33,925 nt of DNA from contig CAVUHW010000009.1 in the NCBI GenBank assembly GCA_963741205.1, positions 1 through 33,925 on the forward strand, in the 5' to 3' direction. Source of the stretch: Nitrospirota bacterium. GTDB taxonomy: Bacteria; Nitrospirota; UBA9217. The notes below the pieces were generated by a model. That model had not been told where the DNA came from, did no database searches, and saw nothing but the letters and a program-made list of their open reading frames with translations. A program made the translations under genes and the position numbers. Shown one piece after another: positions 9,828 to 20,228 of the stretch. Within the stretch, counting starts at the first letter, position 1; each line of letters opens with the position of its first letter.

Positions 9828-9885
9828 AATTCGGGATGAAGTGCGCAGATCTGCGATTAGCAATTGGCGTGAACTACAGGATGGA
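9828..9885 (+). repeat. 45-bp-unit repeat family, intact unoccupied copy
   Basis: TTCGGGATGAAGT-N30-ACTACAGGATGGA; cores at 9830 and 9875. Confidence 0.85.
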
Positions 9886-9930
9886 GGGCTCGATGAAAGT
9901 TACAAATGGCAATTGTGATTCTTCTGCGCC

Positions 9931-9994
9931 CTCATGGTCATTGACAACATCTTCGAGTCTGCACTACCAATATTGAGACAAGGGCATAGAATAC
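9931..9994 (+). repeat. second repeat subfamily (caatattgWgacaaggg)
   Basis: aligns with 20094-20127 and 29444-29492. Confidence 0.75.
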
Positions 9995-10079
9995 CGCATG
10001 AGTCATTACATGTCAGGATCATGACAAGACTCACGATAACCGATTCTTCGCTCTTGTTTGACACAGCTTCTATAACATA

Positions 10080-10694
10080 TCACGGATTAACGTCATTTTG
10101 GGTACGAACTATAAAATGCATGTCCTCAAGTGCATCAAAAATATCCTTTCTAAGGTGATCTGAGTCGTCAGCCGAAACTGTGAAGACCCCCATAATTTTA
10201 GCGTCTTTTATTCTCGTGAACTTAACAGTACCTTTATAACGGATCAACATTGTTTCTACTATGTAATCCGTATTGATTTCCCCGTTGGTAATATATTTTT
10301 CCACGCTTGTCGCTTGAATCTCCTCTCTCTGGACTCGCGCATTTGATTCGCTTGAAGCATCACTGTCATGTACTACTCCAGCGCCTTTCCTTTTCTCCAC
10401 CATTTTTGTGCCTCGAGGGGCCGCAACGAGATTTAGACCCGCTTTGAGTAGAACGCTTTCTACGTATGCTGCGAATTCTATCTGGTTCATATAATCATTG
10501 AAAGGGATGACCGTAAATTTCGCGTCATCATTAACGGATGCAACATATTTTGGCTCGGGAAGTGCCGGCGGAGGATTAGTAATCCGCCGCATGCTCTGGC
10601 AACTGCACAATCCTATCAGTAGTCCAATTAGAAGCAGCTTTCTCATAAGTGACAAGAACAGTCGCCTCATTCTGATCATCTGTATGTAACTCAT
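10080..10694 (-). CDS. hypothetical lipoprotein
   Basis: LLLIGLLIGLCSC lipobox-like sequence; AGGAGG RBS. Confidence 0.75.
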   Translation of the reverse strand: MSYIQMIRMRRLFLSLMRKLLLIGLLIGLCSCQSMRRITNPPPALPEPKYVASVNDDAKFTVIPFNDYMNQIEFAAYVESVLLKAGLNLVAAPRGTKMVEKRKGAGVVHDSDASSESNARVQREEIQATSVEKYITNGEINTDYIVETMLIRYKGTVKFTRIKDAKIMGVFTVSADDSDHLRKDIFDALEDMHFIVRTQNDVNP

Positions 10695-10801
10695 GTGCAA
10701 TTCCTCCTATAGCGTATGCGTATGATGGATGTGTTCCTCTCGCTGGCGACATCCGTTATTGGTTTTTAACGATTTCAGAGTTCATTTTGATAATTTCCCA
10801 C

Positions 10802-10860
10802 TCATAACGTCGCCGTGAGGAACGCAGCTCTCAGCGTCTCTCTCGACGGCGTTGTTAATG
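10802..10860 (-). other. solitary integron attC-like site
   Basis: minus strand: cattAAC-aacgccgtCgag...ctcacggcgac-GTTatga; 59-bp hairpin with one extra base in the L box. Confidence 0.65.
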
Positions 10861-11190
10861 TTATCACTTTTTTTCTAGGCTGTCTGCCCTTTTAATATAT
10901 TCATCGGAATTTAGAGGGTCAGGTCCTTTGTATTGGCCTCTGGATTTCTAAGCGCCCTCGTTAGTGATATATGCCAATACTCGTTCAACGCGTGTCTGCG
11001 GATTGCCTGAAACCTCCAGCACATCCACCTCTTAAGCTATTATAGCAACTTTAAAAGATGCGCCTTTGTCCTAGCGACCAGTTTATGATAAAAAGTATTT
11101 AAGAGAATACAGTGACGGCATGCATATGGGGGAGGAATTCGCCGTCTGCAGGGGAAAAGGTGAACGCCACAAGGATAGTCTAGGATATCA

Positions 11191-11247
11191 GATTCGAGGT
11201 GAAGTTGATAGTTTAAGCATCATTGCTGAGCGAGAACTTCAGGATGC
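11191..11247 (+). repeat. 45-bp-unit repeat family copy
   Basis: TTCGAGGTGAAGT-N30-ACTTCAGGATG; cores at 11193 and 11238. Confidence 0.8.
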
Positions 11248-11388
11248 AGGCTTGAAATAATACTTCAACTGGAAAGCGTCACGTCGGTCACGGGCATCTG
11301 ACATAATTTTTCTCGGTCCTTGCTTGTATTTCCATTTGTACGGGGTAAACTGATAGTAACTCAAGCATTTCACCTAAGGAGGTACCAC

Positions 11389-12002
11389 ATGAACTTTACA
11401 ACCGCTTTATCTTTTTTGTCTCGTGATTTTTGCAAGATATTCCTATTCTTTATTACCGCAACTGTTACACTTGCCGCGTTGACGATGTCAGCTGTCGGTG
11501 CCCCGAAGGAAGGGGCTGGCCCCATGTTCACCAAAGATGGGGAACTGCTTATGCCGAAGTATTTCCGGCAGTGGGTCTTTGTCGGAGCCCCTGTGACCCC
11601 AAACGATATGAACAATGGAAGTGCGGCGTTCCCTGAATTCCACGATGTCTACATAGACCCGATCAGTTTCAACGCATACCGCAAGACCGGCAAATTCCCC
11701 GACGTACCATTTTCGTTAAGGAGCTTGCATCGGTCGGCGCAAAGAGCGCCGCCAGCGGAAACGGTTATTTCCCAGGAGAATTCATCGGCGTTGCAATGGC
11801 GGTGAAGGACTCGAAGAGATTTGCCAAAGAACACGGCAATTGGGCCTATTTCAAATTCATAGGGGCTGACGGCAAAGCGCTAGCCGAGGCCAAGATGCAG
11901 CCGACCGAAAACTGCAACGAGTGTCACCAGAAGAATGCCGCTGAGGACTGGGTTTTCACCCAATTCTATCCTGTCCTCCGCGCAGCAAAAGCAACCAAGT
12001 AA
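11389..12002 (+). CDS. cytochrome P460 family protein, frameshifted near 11704
   Basis: WVFVG..VTPNDMNNG.A.FPEFHDVYIDP; second frame VKELASVG..SGNGYF..AVKDSKRF..GNWAYF..CNECH..DWVFTQFYPVLR. Confidence 0.9.
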
Positions 12003-12303
12003 CCTCCTTTAACATTTCTAAGATCAGCATCTCGGGAAACCTTCTCTCTCGATGCAGCTTGTTTGAAAAACTCGTTCTGAGAAATCGAGATATCTAATAA
12101 GACCTTCAATGAATTGAAGCCCATCATGACTGGTGGATGGGGGGACTCGTTCGATAAGCTTCAAACTTTGCTCAAGTTAAAAAAATAAGCCGGAACTAGT
12201 AGATGAGGCAGATCGAGGTTGAGACGGCCAATGGGAAGAACGTGGCCTAGGCCTGTCGAGCTGCCAGCATCACCGATCAAACTCTCTAAAGAAAGGAAAC
12301 CCC

Positions 12304-12954
12304 ATGCCTAAACTCGTCGTTCGCAGCTTCGCCATCTCTTTGGACGGCTTCAGCGCCGCTCCCGGGCAAAGCCAGGAAGAGCCTTTTGGCAAGGACGGCC
12401 TCAAACTCATGAACTGGGTCTTTGCCACCAAGTTCTTCAACACCATGTTCGGCCGGCCCGGAGGCGTCGAGGGCATCGACAACGACTTCATGGCCAAGTC
12501 TGATGACAACATCGGCGCAAGCATCATGGGCCGGCATATGTTCGGCCCGCCGCCTGATGCCAAGGACAAAGAAGCCTGGAAGGGCTGGTGGGGCGAGAAC
12601 CCGCCTTATCACCATCCGGTCTTCGTGCTGAGCCATCAAAAGAAGGCCTCCTTTGACATGAAAGGCGGCACCAGCTTCAACTTTGTGACGAACGGCATCG
12701 ATTCGGCCCTGAAACAGGCTTTTGCTGCGGCCAAAGGCAAGGACGTGCGCCTGGCCGGCGGCCCGGCCACGGTGCGCCAGTACTTGAAGGCGGGCCTGAT
12801 CGACGAGCTGCACCTGGTGCAGGTGCCCCTTTTGATGGGCCAAGGGGAGCGCATTTTCGAGGATGTGGGCGGAGTGGAAAGCATCTATGAATGCGTCGAA
12901 TTCACACCTTCCAAGGCGGTGTCCCACCTCCGTATCGTTAAAAAAGCCAAGTAG
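12304..12954 (+). CDS. dihydrofolate reductase / RibD C-terminal family protein
   Basis: ISLDGF, IMGRHMF, GWWGENPPYHHPVFVLSH, GGPATVRQYLKAGLIDE. Confidence 0.92.
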   Translation: MPKLVVRSFAISLDGFSAAPGQSQEEPFGKDGLKLMNWVFATKFFNTMFGRPGGVEGIDNDFMAKSDDNIGASIMGRHMFGPPPDAKDKEAWKGWWGENPPYHHPVFVLSHQKKASFDMKGGTSFNFVTNGIDSALKQAFAAAKGKDVRLAGGPATVRQYLKAGLIDELHLVQVPLLMGQGERIFEDVGGVESIYECVEFTPSKAVSHLRIVKKAK

Positions 12955-13099
12955 GTCGCCAGCCCGGGAGTGGCCCCTGGATCCAGGGGCCATTGTTATT
13001 CATACCTTTCAGTATCCTGATCAATGGACATACGAAGCTCACATTATCGTCGCTAAAAAGTACCGTGAAAGATACGGTGAAAGGGACGAACAAAAAAGT

Positions 13100-13175
13100 A
13101 TTTTCGGGGTATCTGATTATCGAATACAAGGTGAAAACTGCAATTTCAGAAAGTTACAACTGTCAACGACTTCAG
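13100..13175 (+). repeat. 46-bp-unit repeat copy interrupted by IS110 (continues at 14791)
   Basis: near-identical to 843-918; the expected continuation GATGA resumes at 14791. Confidence 0.85.
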
Positions 13176-13255
13176 ACCTTATGATTAAAATGGCAAGTCT
13201 GACTTAAGGTATATTTTCGTTAGGAAGACCAAAATACACCGAAAGGAGACTTGCC

Positions 13256-14326
13256 ATGATTAACATTAGCAAACTCGATTTCAGCGGTCAACATATTTAT
13301 GTCGGTTTGGACGTTCATAAGAAAAGTTGGAGTGTATGCATCTTGACTCAACAGTTTGAACATAAGACCTTCACGCAGCCACCAGATCCATCGGTCCTGG
13401 CCAACTACCTGAATCGGAACTTCCCTGGTGCAACCTATCACGCCGTTTATGAAGCCGGCTATTCCGGATTCTGGATCCACGACCAGTTAAGAGAAAAAGG
13501 CATCGACTGCATAGTGGTAAATCCTGCTGACATTCCGACAACAGACAAGGAACGGGCAGGCAAAACCGATAAGGTAGATTGCCGCAAACTTGCCCGATGC
13601 CATAGAAACGGAGAGCTCGTAGGAATCTATGTTCCCACGCGGATAAAGGTCGAAGATCGCAGCTTGATTAGAACCCGACGAAACATGGTCAAGAAGCAGA
13701 CCCGGTGCAAGAACCAGATCAAGTCCATGCTCGCTTTTTATGGCATTCATCTACCCACTGACATTGTTACCCGTAACTGGTCAAGCAAGTTCATTAAATG
13801 GCTTGAAGCGATTCGCATGGAAAAGGCTAGCGGCAATGTCTCCTTTATGGTGCATCTCCAAGAGTTACACCATATCCGGGGAATCGTCGTCGAATTGAAT
13901 CGGAACATTCGCGTCCTCTCTCGGTCAGATGAATATAAAGTTAATGTGAAATTATTAAAAACCGTATCGGGGATCAGCACACTCACCGCTATGACATTTC
14001 TCACGGAGCTGTGTAATATCGATCGGTTTGGATCACTCGACAAACTTGCGAGCTATGTCGGTCTCATTCCCAATACGGACTCCAGCGGAGAAAAGGACAT
14101 AACAACAGGCATTACCAACCGACGCAACCAATCACTTCGGCATTTGATTATTGAAAGCTCGTGGATTGCTACACGGAAAGACCCGGCATTACTTATGGCC
14201 TTTGAACGCCTCTCTAAAAACATGCCAAGAACAAGGGCCATCGTTCATATCGCCAGAAAACTATTGAATCGAATCAGATACGTCCTGAAGAATCAGAAGG
14301 AGTATGTGCCTGCGGTTATACAATAA
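13256..14326 (+). CDS. IS110 family transposase/recombinase
   Basis: YVGLDVHK, YEAG, KTDKVD (DEDD set), YVGLIP...SSG, ARKL. Confidence 0.96.
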   Translation: MINISKLDFSGQHIYVGLDVHKKSWSVCILTQQFEHKTFTQPPDPSVLANYLNRNFPGATYHAVYEAGYSGFWIHDQLREKGIDCIVVNPADIPTTDKERAGKTDKVDCRKLARCHRNGELVGIYVPTRIKVEDRSLIRTRRNMVKKQTRCKNQIKSMLAFYGIHLPTDIVTRNWSSKFIKWLEAIRMEKASGNVSFMVHLQELHHIRGIVVELNRNIRVLSRSDEYKVNVKLLKTVSGISTLTAMTFLTELCNIDRFGSLDKLASYVGLIPNTDSSGEKDITTGITNRRNQSLRHLIIESSWIATRKDPALLMAFERLSKNMPRTRAIVHIARKLLNRIRYVLKNQKEYVPAVIQ

Positions 14327-14329
14327 GAA

Positions 14330-14640
14330 ACGGGATCACGTTAGAGCGGTCGATCTTAGAACCTGATTCATCGTGGGTACCGCTTTGTTCCATCCTGCAG
14401 CCGGCTCATGAAGCGTGTCTGCACTACTACAGACTGCGGACCCACAACTTTAAAATATGATCAAGGAAATGCAGCTGCCTTTAATGATGTAGGCATGTCT
14501 GCTAATAAAAGCGTGGTTTTAAAGATTTGTCCGTTCTGCGAACAAATCCCGAGAAAGGATCCTACGGGGGGTATCAGGATATGGACTGCCCCGGGAAAAT
14601 CGATCCTGGGGCATTTGTGAGAACCGATTTCTGCCCCAAC
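14330..14640 (+). ncRNA. candidate bridge/seek RNA
   Basis: non-coding right end with stacked hairpins; internal loop carries TCCATCCT (14389-14396) and ACTACAG (14426-14432), matching both strands of the target motif; transcript limits are a guess. Confidence 0.65.
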
Positions 14641-15085
14641 AAAGAAAATTCTCACAAACGATCAATGCAGGGGGGGAATCCTCCGACTGGTACACTTTCA
14701 ATGACCATTAACGAAAACAAATAGCAAACAGGGAAAAACCTATCGGCCAGCCTGTTTAGTCTGAGCCAGGCTTGACTTTTAACATAAAAGGATGAAAACG
14801 AGGATTGTTTATACTTTTTAATATTGCGGAATTGTGGTTGGATTCTACACGTCTCAATTTTTGCAATTGTCGCAGACAACAGGAAGGTTGTTGATGTGAA
14901 ATGCCTCTCAGATGTAGTACACTTTTCAAGACCGGAGGCGTTCATTTTCTCATGACCGGGGAATGATGGAATGAAAGAAATCCTCGTTTTGGTTCCAATG
15001 ACCTTCGGGTGACTGGACCCGAAGGGGTGGACATTCCGAATGACTGACTTCGGATTATTCGATTAATTTTCGTTTAATGGTGTGC

Positions 15086-16456
15086 TCAATGCGAGTGCGT
15101 ATTGTTCTTGAGTTGTTCGCGGACGAAAATGATGTGTCCGCGGAGCACATAGAATTGGTCCGCGAATGACGCCGGCACTTTCATCTTATTGACCTCCGTT
15201 TCGATATGGCGTATCCGCCCGAGCAATGCTCCACGTTCCTCTGGCGCCGCGTGCGCCTTCGTATCCCGTTCGAGCGCCAGCAGCTCACGATACCACCGGT
15301 AGATCCGCATTCGGATCCGCCATCGATAGAGCGCGGGAATGATCCGCATCGCCGGGAGCAGCACGAAGATCGCCGGCACAAAGACCAGAAGGACACGTCT
15401 TACCAGATTTGCCATCCGGAACGGAAGGTATCGGTAGATAAAGCCCTTTCCTGATTTGTAGTAGCGCAGCGCATCGTCGCTTAAACGGAATTCATGCTCT
15501 ATCAGGGCTGGAAATTCATCGCGGCGTTTAAACAAACCCGCTTTCCCGTGCACCTCGTGTGCAGCCTCAATCAGCAGATCGGACAACGCAGGATGCAGGT
15601 TGGCCCGTGCGATAAGCTCGATCGTGGGGCCGATCAGATGGATATCGTGCGGGGGTATGTCTTTTCCAAGATCGATGGCGCCTTTCGGCAGCGTCAGCTT
15701 GTTCAAATAGCTGATGCGGCGCGTGTATCCGTCGGCCTGCGTGAAATCAAATAGGCGGATCCCCGGTGCACGCATCAGCGTGCGCATAACTTCGCCGGAC
15801 GAAGCGTCTCCCATCATAAACGCGGCGTCGATCGTGCCGTTTAGCAGCGCGATTTTCGCATCGTCCGCGTCCATATCGGAAAATCGAGTCGCGCCTCCCG
15901 GTTCGATGCCGTTGGCCGCCAGGAGGGCCAGCGCCAGTGTCCGCGTTCCGCTGCCCTCAGGACCGATGGCGAGCCGCATTCCCTCCATTTGGGAAAGCAT
16001 ATCCAAGGGCGCCTGGCTTCGGTAGAAGATCAGAAGCGGTTGGTAAGCCAGGCTGCCGAGAGAGACGAGCTTTTCAGTCTTCAGTCCGGCGGACACGCCG
16101 TTCTGAACAAATCCAACGTCAACGTTGAATGCGGGATCGGCGAGCCTCTTGAGGTTTTCGAGCGAACCCTCGGACTGAAGGACCTTCACTTTCACGCCGT
16201 TACGCGCCAGTATCTTTACGTACCTTTCGGCATTTACCTGGAAAACACTATCCTCGGGACCTGCCGTCATGATAATGGTGGAAGGCGGGGCCAGGTAAAA
16301 AAACCAGTAAACGGCGAAAAGAACAACCAGGCTGAACAAGACAACGACGCTGAGCGATACAGCGCGATTGAGCCCGAATAATTCCTCGAATAGTAAATGA
16401 AGCCTTGTGATGCCGATTTTACGCTTTGTAGTCACGTGCCCTGCCTTGTCTCCCAT
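15086..16456 (-). CDS. TAXI-family TRAP solute-binding-like membrane protein
   Basis: SEGSLENL, DVGFVQ, IGPEGSGT, C-terminal TM and LYRW..R.RIYRWY. Confidence 0.88.
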   Translation of the reverse strand: MGDKAGHVTTKRKIGITRLHLLFEELFGLNRAVSLSVVVLFSLVVLFAVYWFFYLAPPSTIIMTAGPEDSVFQVNAERYVKILARNGVKVKVLQSEGSLENLKRLADPAFNVDVGFVQNGVSAGLKTEKLVSLGSLAYQPLLIFYRSQAPLDMLSQMEGMRLAIGPEGSGTRTLALALLAANGIEPGGATRFSDMDADDAKIALLNGTIDAAFMMGDASSGEVMRTLMRAPGIRLFDFTQADGYTRRISYLNKLTLPKGAIDLGKDIPPHDIHLIGPTIELIARANLHPALSDLLIEAAHEVHGKAGLFKRRDEFPALIEHEFRLSDDALRYYKSGKGFIYRYLPFRMANLVRRVLLVFVPAIFVLLPAMRIIPALYRWRIRMRIYRWYRELLALERDTKAHAAPEERGALLGRIRHIETEVNKMKVPASFADQFYVLRGHIIFVREQLKNNTHSH

Positions 16457-16540
16457 TCGAGCCTCCCACCCGACTTTCTTTTGGAAATACCGTCTATTTT
16501 ATCTTTGAGTTTTTCCGCCCTCCTGTTTCTTTCTGCGGCA

Positions 16541-17236
16541 TCAACATTCCTCGTCAGTAAAACAGTCGATGAATTTTATCAGCAAGTCTCTATCTCTCTC
16601 CGTCAAATCGATGAACTCCGCCCGTGTTTCATAGTACGCCTGCCCCTTGTCTTTTGTCATTCGGCACGAGGCGACTCTCGCCATAAAACTGACCGGGCCG
16701 CAGGCATTCATGGAAAAATCTATGAGAATCATGCTCTCTGCTTTCAGCCCCTGCCCGGCTTGAATAAGTATGCCTCTCAAACTGATTTCAATTACGTTAA
16801 AATGTTCGGGAAAGTTCAGGATCTTTTCACTGGGCGTGGTGATGGAAAGCCGGATATGCCGGGGGTGCCGGTAAGCCGTCCCCGGGACCTCCGCTTTCTC
16901 GTCGTGTTCAATTGATTGCAGGAAATCCTTGATTTTGTCCTCCGGAACCTCCTTGAATACGATGCCGGCGGAGTAGACTGTAATCCGGTCCCCGTTTAAC
17001 CTCTCTTCAATTCCGCTTAATTCCGAACGAACGACGCTGCCCTTTACGTTGATGCTTTTTCCGCCGTGCCTCAGCGTGAGCAAACATTCTTTTCCGATAT
17101 CAAGTTTCCTGTATGCTTTCAGGGCGACTCCGCCCCGACTGATGTCAATAATATCCACCTTGCCGGCTGAGCTCATCTTGCCGTCAATGGCGATCAAGTC
17201 CAGTTTGAACCTCTTATGCCGCCTCTGGCTCCGCAC
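16541..17236 (-). CDS. tandem PilZ-domain protein
   Basis: RRHKR...DISRGG; second RHPRH.R...EISLRG. Confidence 0.85.
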   Translation of the reverse strand: MRSQRRHKRFKLDLIAIDGKMSSAGKVDIIDISRGGVALKAYRKLDIGKECLLTLRHGGKSINVKGSVVRSELSGIEERLNGDRITVYSAGIVFKEVPEDKIKDFLQSIEHDEKAEVPGTAYRHPRHIRLSITTPSEKILNFPEHFNVIEISLRGILIQAGQGLKAESMILIDFSMNACGPVSFMARVASCRMTKDKGQAYYETRAEFIDLTERDRDLLIKFIDCFTDEEC

Positions 17237-18049
17237 GATAGATCATCTCCAGTTCACACTATTTTTCTCTAATCGTTCATCTTATATCGGTAAAAGTATA
17301 TCGGAAATTAGATGATTTAGGAAGAATAAAGCCAGGGTATTGTCAGGGTGGGTCAATCTTGGTGCGACACTTTGCGCAATTTGCTGCGTCCTTCGCGCTG
17401 AAGGCCTTGGTTCCAAGCGGATGAGATTGGGCGGCCCAAGGCGTTCTCTTCCGTGAAAAAAAACCGCAAACTAATGCTCACGCACATCGTTTAAGCGGCC
17501 GTTTTTATCTTCATCAGTACCGCGCCGCCGGAAGCATCACAAGGAGGGCCGGCATCAAGGCATATGATCTTATCGTAGTTTCTTGTCCGCCGGGGCCGCG
17601 ACCACCTGAAAATCCTGCCAAGCGCCTGACATAATCACGCGCATGAAACAAGAAGCCGAACCACGAGGCAAAGAAACACGCTCCGCGCCATGGAAATGTC
17701 TCGCGGCCGCGGACATTCGCGACAGGACCTTACCCCCAATATGCATCTAAAATCACTATTAATATTGCTAATAACTTTTAATTTATAGTGAGACAGATTT
17801 GTTGTTTCCAATGATTACCTTAACACATGCGACATCCCGGTCCAGGCTCTAATTGAGATCTGTCGTAGTAATTCTTTTTAGTTGAAATAGTGATTGTTTC
17901 GAAGGTCTGAAGCTCCACCGATTTAGTGAGGAAGGGAGAATGTTAAGAAGGTTGTTTCTTATCTAAGTTTTCTGAGCTAGGTTGATTTATCAGATGCAAG
18001 TCAATCTAGTAACAATGTCCTCAAGTCAGCCGTCTGCCGATGAGGTCAA

Positions 18050-18337
18050 TCAATTTCTCGGTACGACTGAGACACCAGATTTTCTAATTATAACGGTTGA
18101 CTCTGGATTGTTTTTTAATTGGCTAGCTATATCAAGTCCCTCAAGTGTCTCGGCAAGTTCTTTTATATCACTATCTTCAATAAATGACGCTAAAATAGAA
18201 AGTAATAACACTGAGTCTTTTGTAACGATTCGGAATTTGTGTCCATATCGATCGAAATCGATTTCATCATCATGTCTTGCGTATGGGAAGCGGTAATTAA
18301 GATAGTCTCGAATAACTTGCATTTTATTAGGCACCAT
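18050..18337 (-). CDS. hypothetical protein
   Basis: 95-aa ORF with AGGAG RBS. Confidence 0.6.
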   Translation of the reverse strand: MVPNKMQVIRDYLNYRFPYARHDDEIDFDRYGHKFRIVTKDSVLLLSILASFIEDSDIKELAETLEGLDIASQLKNNPESTVIIRKSGVSVVPRN

Positions 18338-18923
18338 TTTTTCTCTCCTTTCTATTCGAGCGGCATCTCAATGATCATCTACTTTTACCTTTCCAAACGA
18401 TTTAAGCCTGACCGCAGCGGCTTTGAGGCATCGCGCGATAAGCTCATATTTATCTGATGTCATTACGTTCCTTTTTTGAGTCCACAGTATTTTTCATACG
18501 ATATTTTAGTTTGGAACGAAAATTAGTTTAACGTTGGATAGTTTCCGTAATGCACGTTTTGGGTGAAGTACTTCTCAATTCGTTTCTTTAATTATAAATC
18601 AGGACGGTTTTAGTATAAATAGGCAAAAATACCTAATTTAACACGACCGACGAGATCCAAAAAGCGATGCAGGCGCGATTACAACTCGCCTGCATCGCAA
18701 TTTGCAGAATAGTGGTTATCTGATCGTAAAAGATAAATGGAATCAAAAATGAAGAAATTGACCGGATTTGGCACATCAATTCTACGTGAAACATGGTATT
18801 TCGGTAAGACTCGCCTAGCTCTACGGGCTGCACCTACTTTTCTGCAATTGCGTCCTAATGCGACAATCGTTAAATACAGGCCGTTAATTGATAATGATCC
18901 GCTTCAGTCTCGGTTGGCTGCCG

Positions 18924-19336
18924 TCAGCCGGAAGCGTTGGTTAGGCATTCATCTTGCGGCCACTTCTGAAGCCAATCACGGGCAGTATCCATATCCATGA
19001 ATATGCCTACTGGGCCGCAAAAGTTGTGAACAACGTCGTCGAAAAAGGGGTCGATCATGTCCTTCCTTGCAAGTATTGCAATGCGAAGACCGACACGGGT
19101 CGCACATGCAGCATCTTGACCGGCCTTATACATCTCCATGGTATTAAAGTTAACCTGCAAATCCCTAGCATCAATCAATGTCTTTTACAGTTGTGGGCTG
19201 AGCATGCATCAATAAGCGGCTGGAAGCAATTCTTCCATTTGTCGAGTAGCTCATTTGGGAACTTCCCTGATAGGCGTATATGAAGCACGCCTTCTTCGAA
19301 TCGGAATTCTTCATTATACTTTGTCGTATCCTTCAT
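18924..19336 (-). CDS. SpoIIAA/STAS-like hypothetical protein, frameshifted near 19185
   Basis: MKDTTK..LHIRLSG.. joins LIDARDL...RIAIL...IFMDMDTARDWL; break lies in an A-run. Confidence 0.6.
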
Positions 19337-19483
19337 ATCCTTTGTCCTTCAATACCTAATGAGGAGATACCGAAGACCAAGTTGAAACTTACACATGAAC
19401 GTCGCAGTTCAGTGGCGGTGCGGCCTATTCACGTTTACTGTGGTTTCTTGTTTGTTGTTCTATATCGACCCGATAGCCGAACT

Positions 19484-19885
19484 CTATTTTGGGAAGTACT
19501 GTCGAACTCTCGCTGCAATCTGGCGATGAGTCATCTTGTCAACAGTTTCAATACCTACGATGCGTCCACTGAGCTTGTTCTTCTTGATACGTTTTTTCAG
19601 CTCGCCTTTCGCCTCGCCAGGACCAAATATCATAATAGCCTCTGCATCACGAATACAGGAAATTACCGCATCATAGTAAATGTTAAGATGCCTCATAAAC
19701 GTCCTCTCGAGGCTGTCATCTGCCAAAATTTGTTTTTCATAGGGAGCCGTAGTACGAACACCACCATAACGACCGGGCTGTTTTTCAACCTGCGATATTA
19801 TCAGTTTCGTTTCTTCCCCTTTGTCTGTAACAACCACGATCACAGCTTTCTTGTGGTCAATCCATAAACCCGCTGTTGTTTTCAC
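19484..19885 (-). CDS. eRF1-domain-2-like / host-attachment-like protein
   Basis: GLWIDHKKAVIV...IFGPGEAKGEL...TVDKMT..QI.A. Confidence 0.82.
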   Translation of the reverse strand: MKTTAGLWIDHKKAVIVVVTDKGEETKLIISQVEKQPGRYGGVRTTAPYEKQILADDSLERTFMRHLNIYYDAVISCIRDAEAIMIFGPGEAKGELKKRIKKNKLSGRIVGIETVDKMTHRQIAARVRQYFPK

Positions 19886-20093
19886 AGTTATCTCCTTTGT
19901 CTCGTCAAATATTTATTAAGCCGGCTCCATATATCCCGAATTGTGTGGACACGCTCTTACGAATGACTAGCTATATTGTGCAATAGATAAGTTCGGAAAA
20001 AAATGCATGAGGAAGAAGGCTTGATTGATAACTTCATATGATAATCTTCATTTCAGCCATGATTCAGGTACGCCGTGAAGCACCTACAAATCC

Positions 20094-20127
20094 GCACTGC
20101 CAATATTGTGACAAGGGCAAAGAATAC
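20094..20127 (+). repeat. second repeat subfamily copy
   Basis: gcactgccaatattgtgacaagggcaaagaatac vs 9961-9994; TTCAGG core 47 bp upstream at 20063. Confidence 0.75.
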
Positions 20128-20228
20128 GGCTTACGGCGCTTGAAGAGAGCGCTTCACGGTTAGGACCTCTGACGCGTTACGCGTCTTGATGAGGTCACTA
20201 TCGAGTTCGTCGGAGACGAAACACCATG

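Larger units (their letters stand above)
13176..14790 (+). mobile_element. complete IS110-family element (IS1111-like architecture)
   Basis: AG core on both sides (13174-13175, 14789-14790); sub-terminal inverted repeats ttatgattaaaatggcaagtctg / caggcttgacttttaacataa; short left end, ~460-bp right end. Confidence 0.88.

Noticed and set aside
14922-14945. tRNA-Ser-like fragment (ttttcaagaccgg)
   Set aside because: No cloverleaf or T-arm; short chance similarity.
18557-18607. Additional repeat-family copy (also 19992-20042)
   Set aside because: Weak cores and 41-bp spacing; cannot be distinguished from chance by eye.
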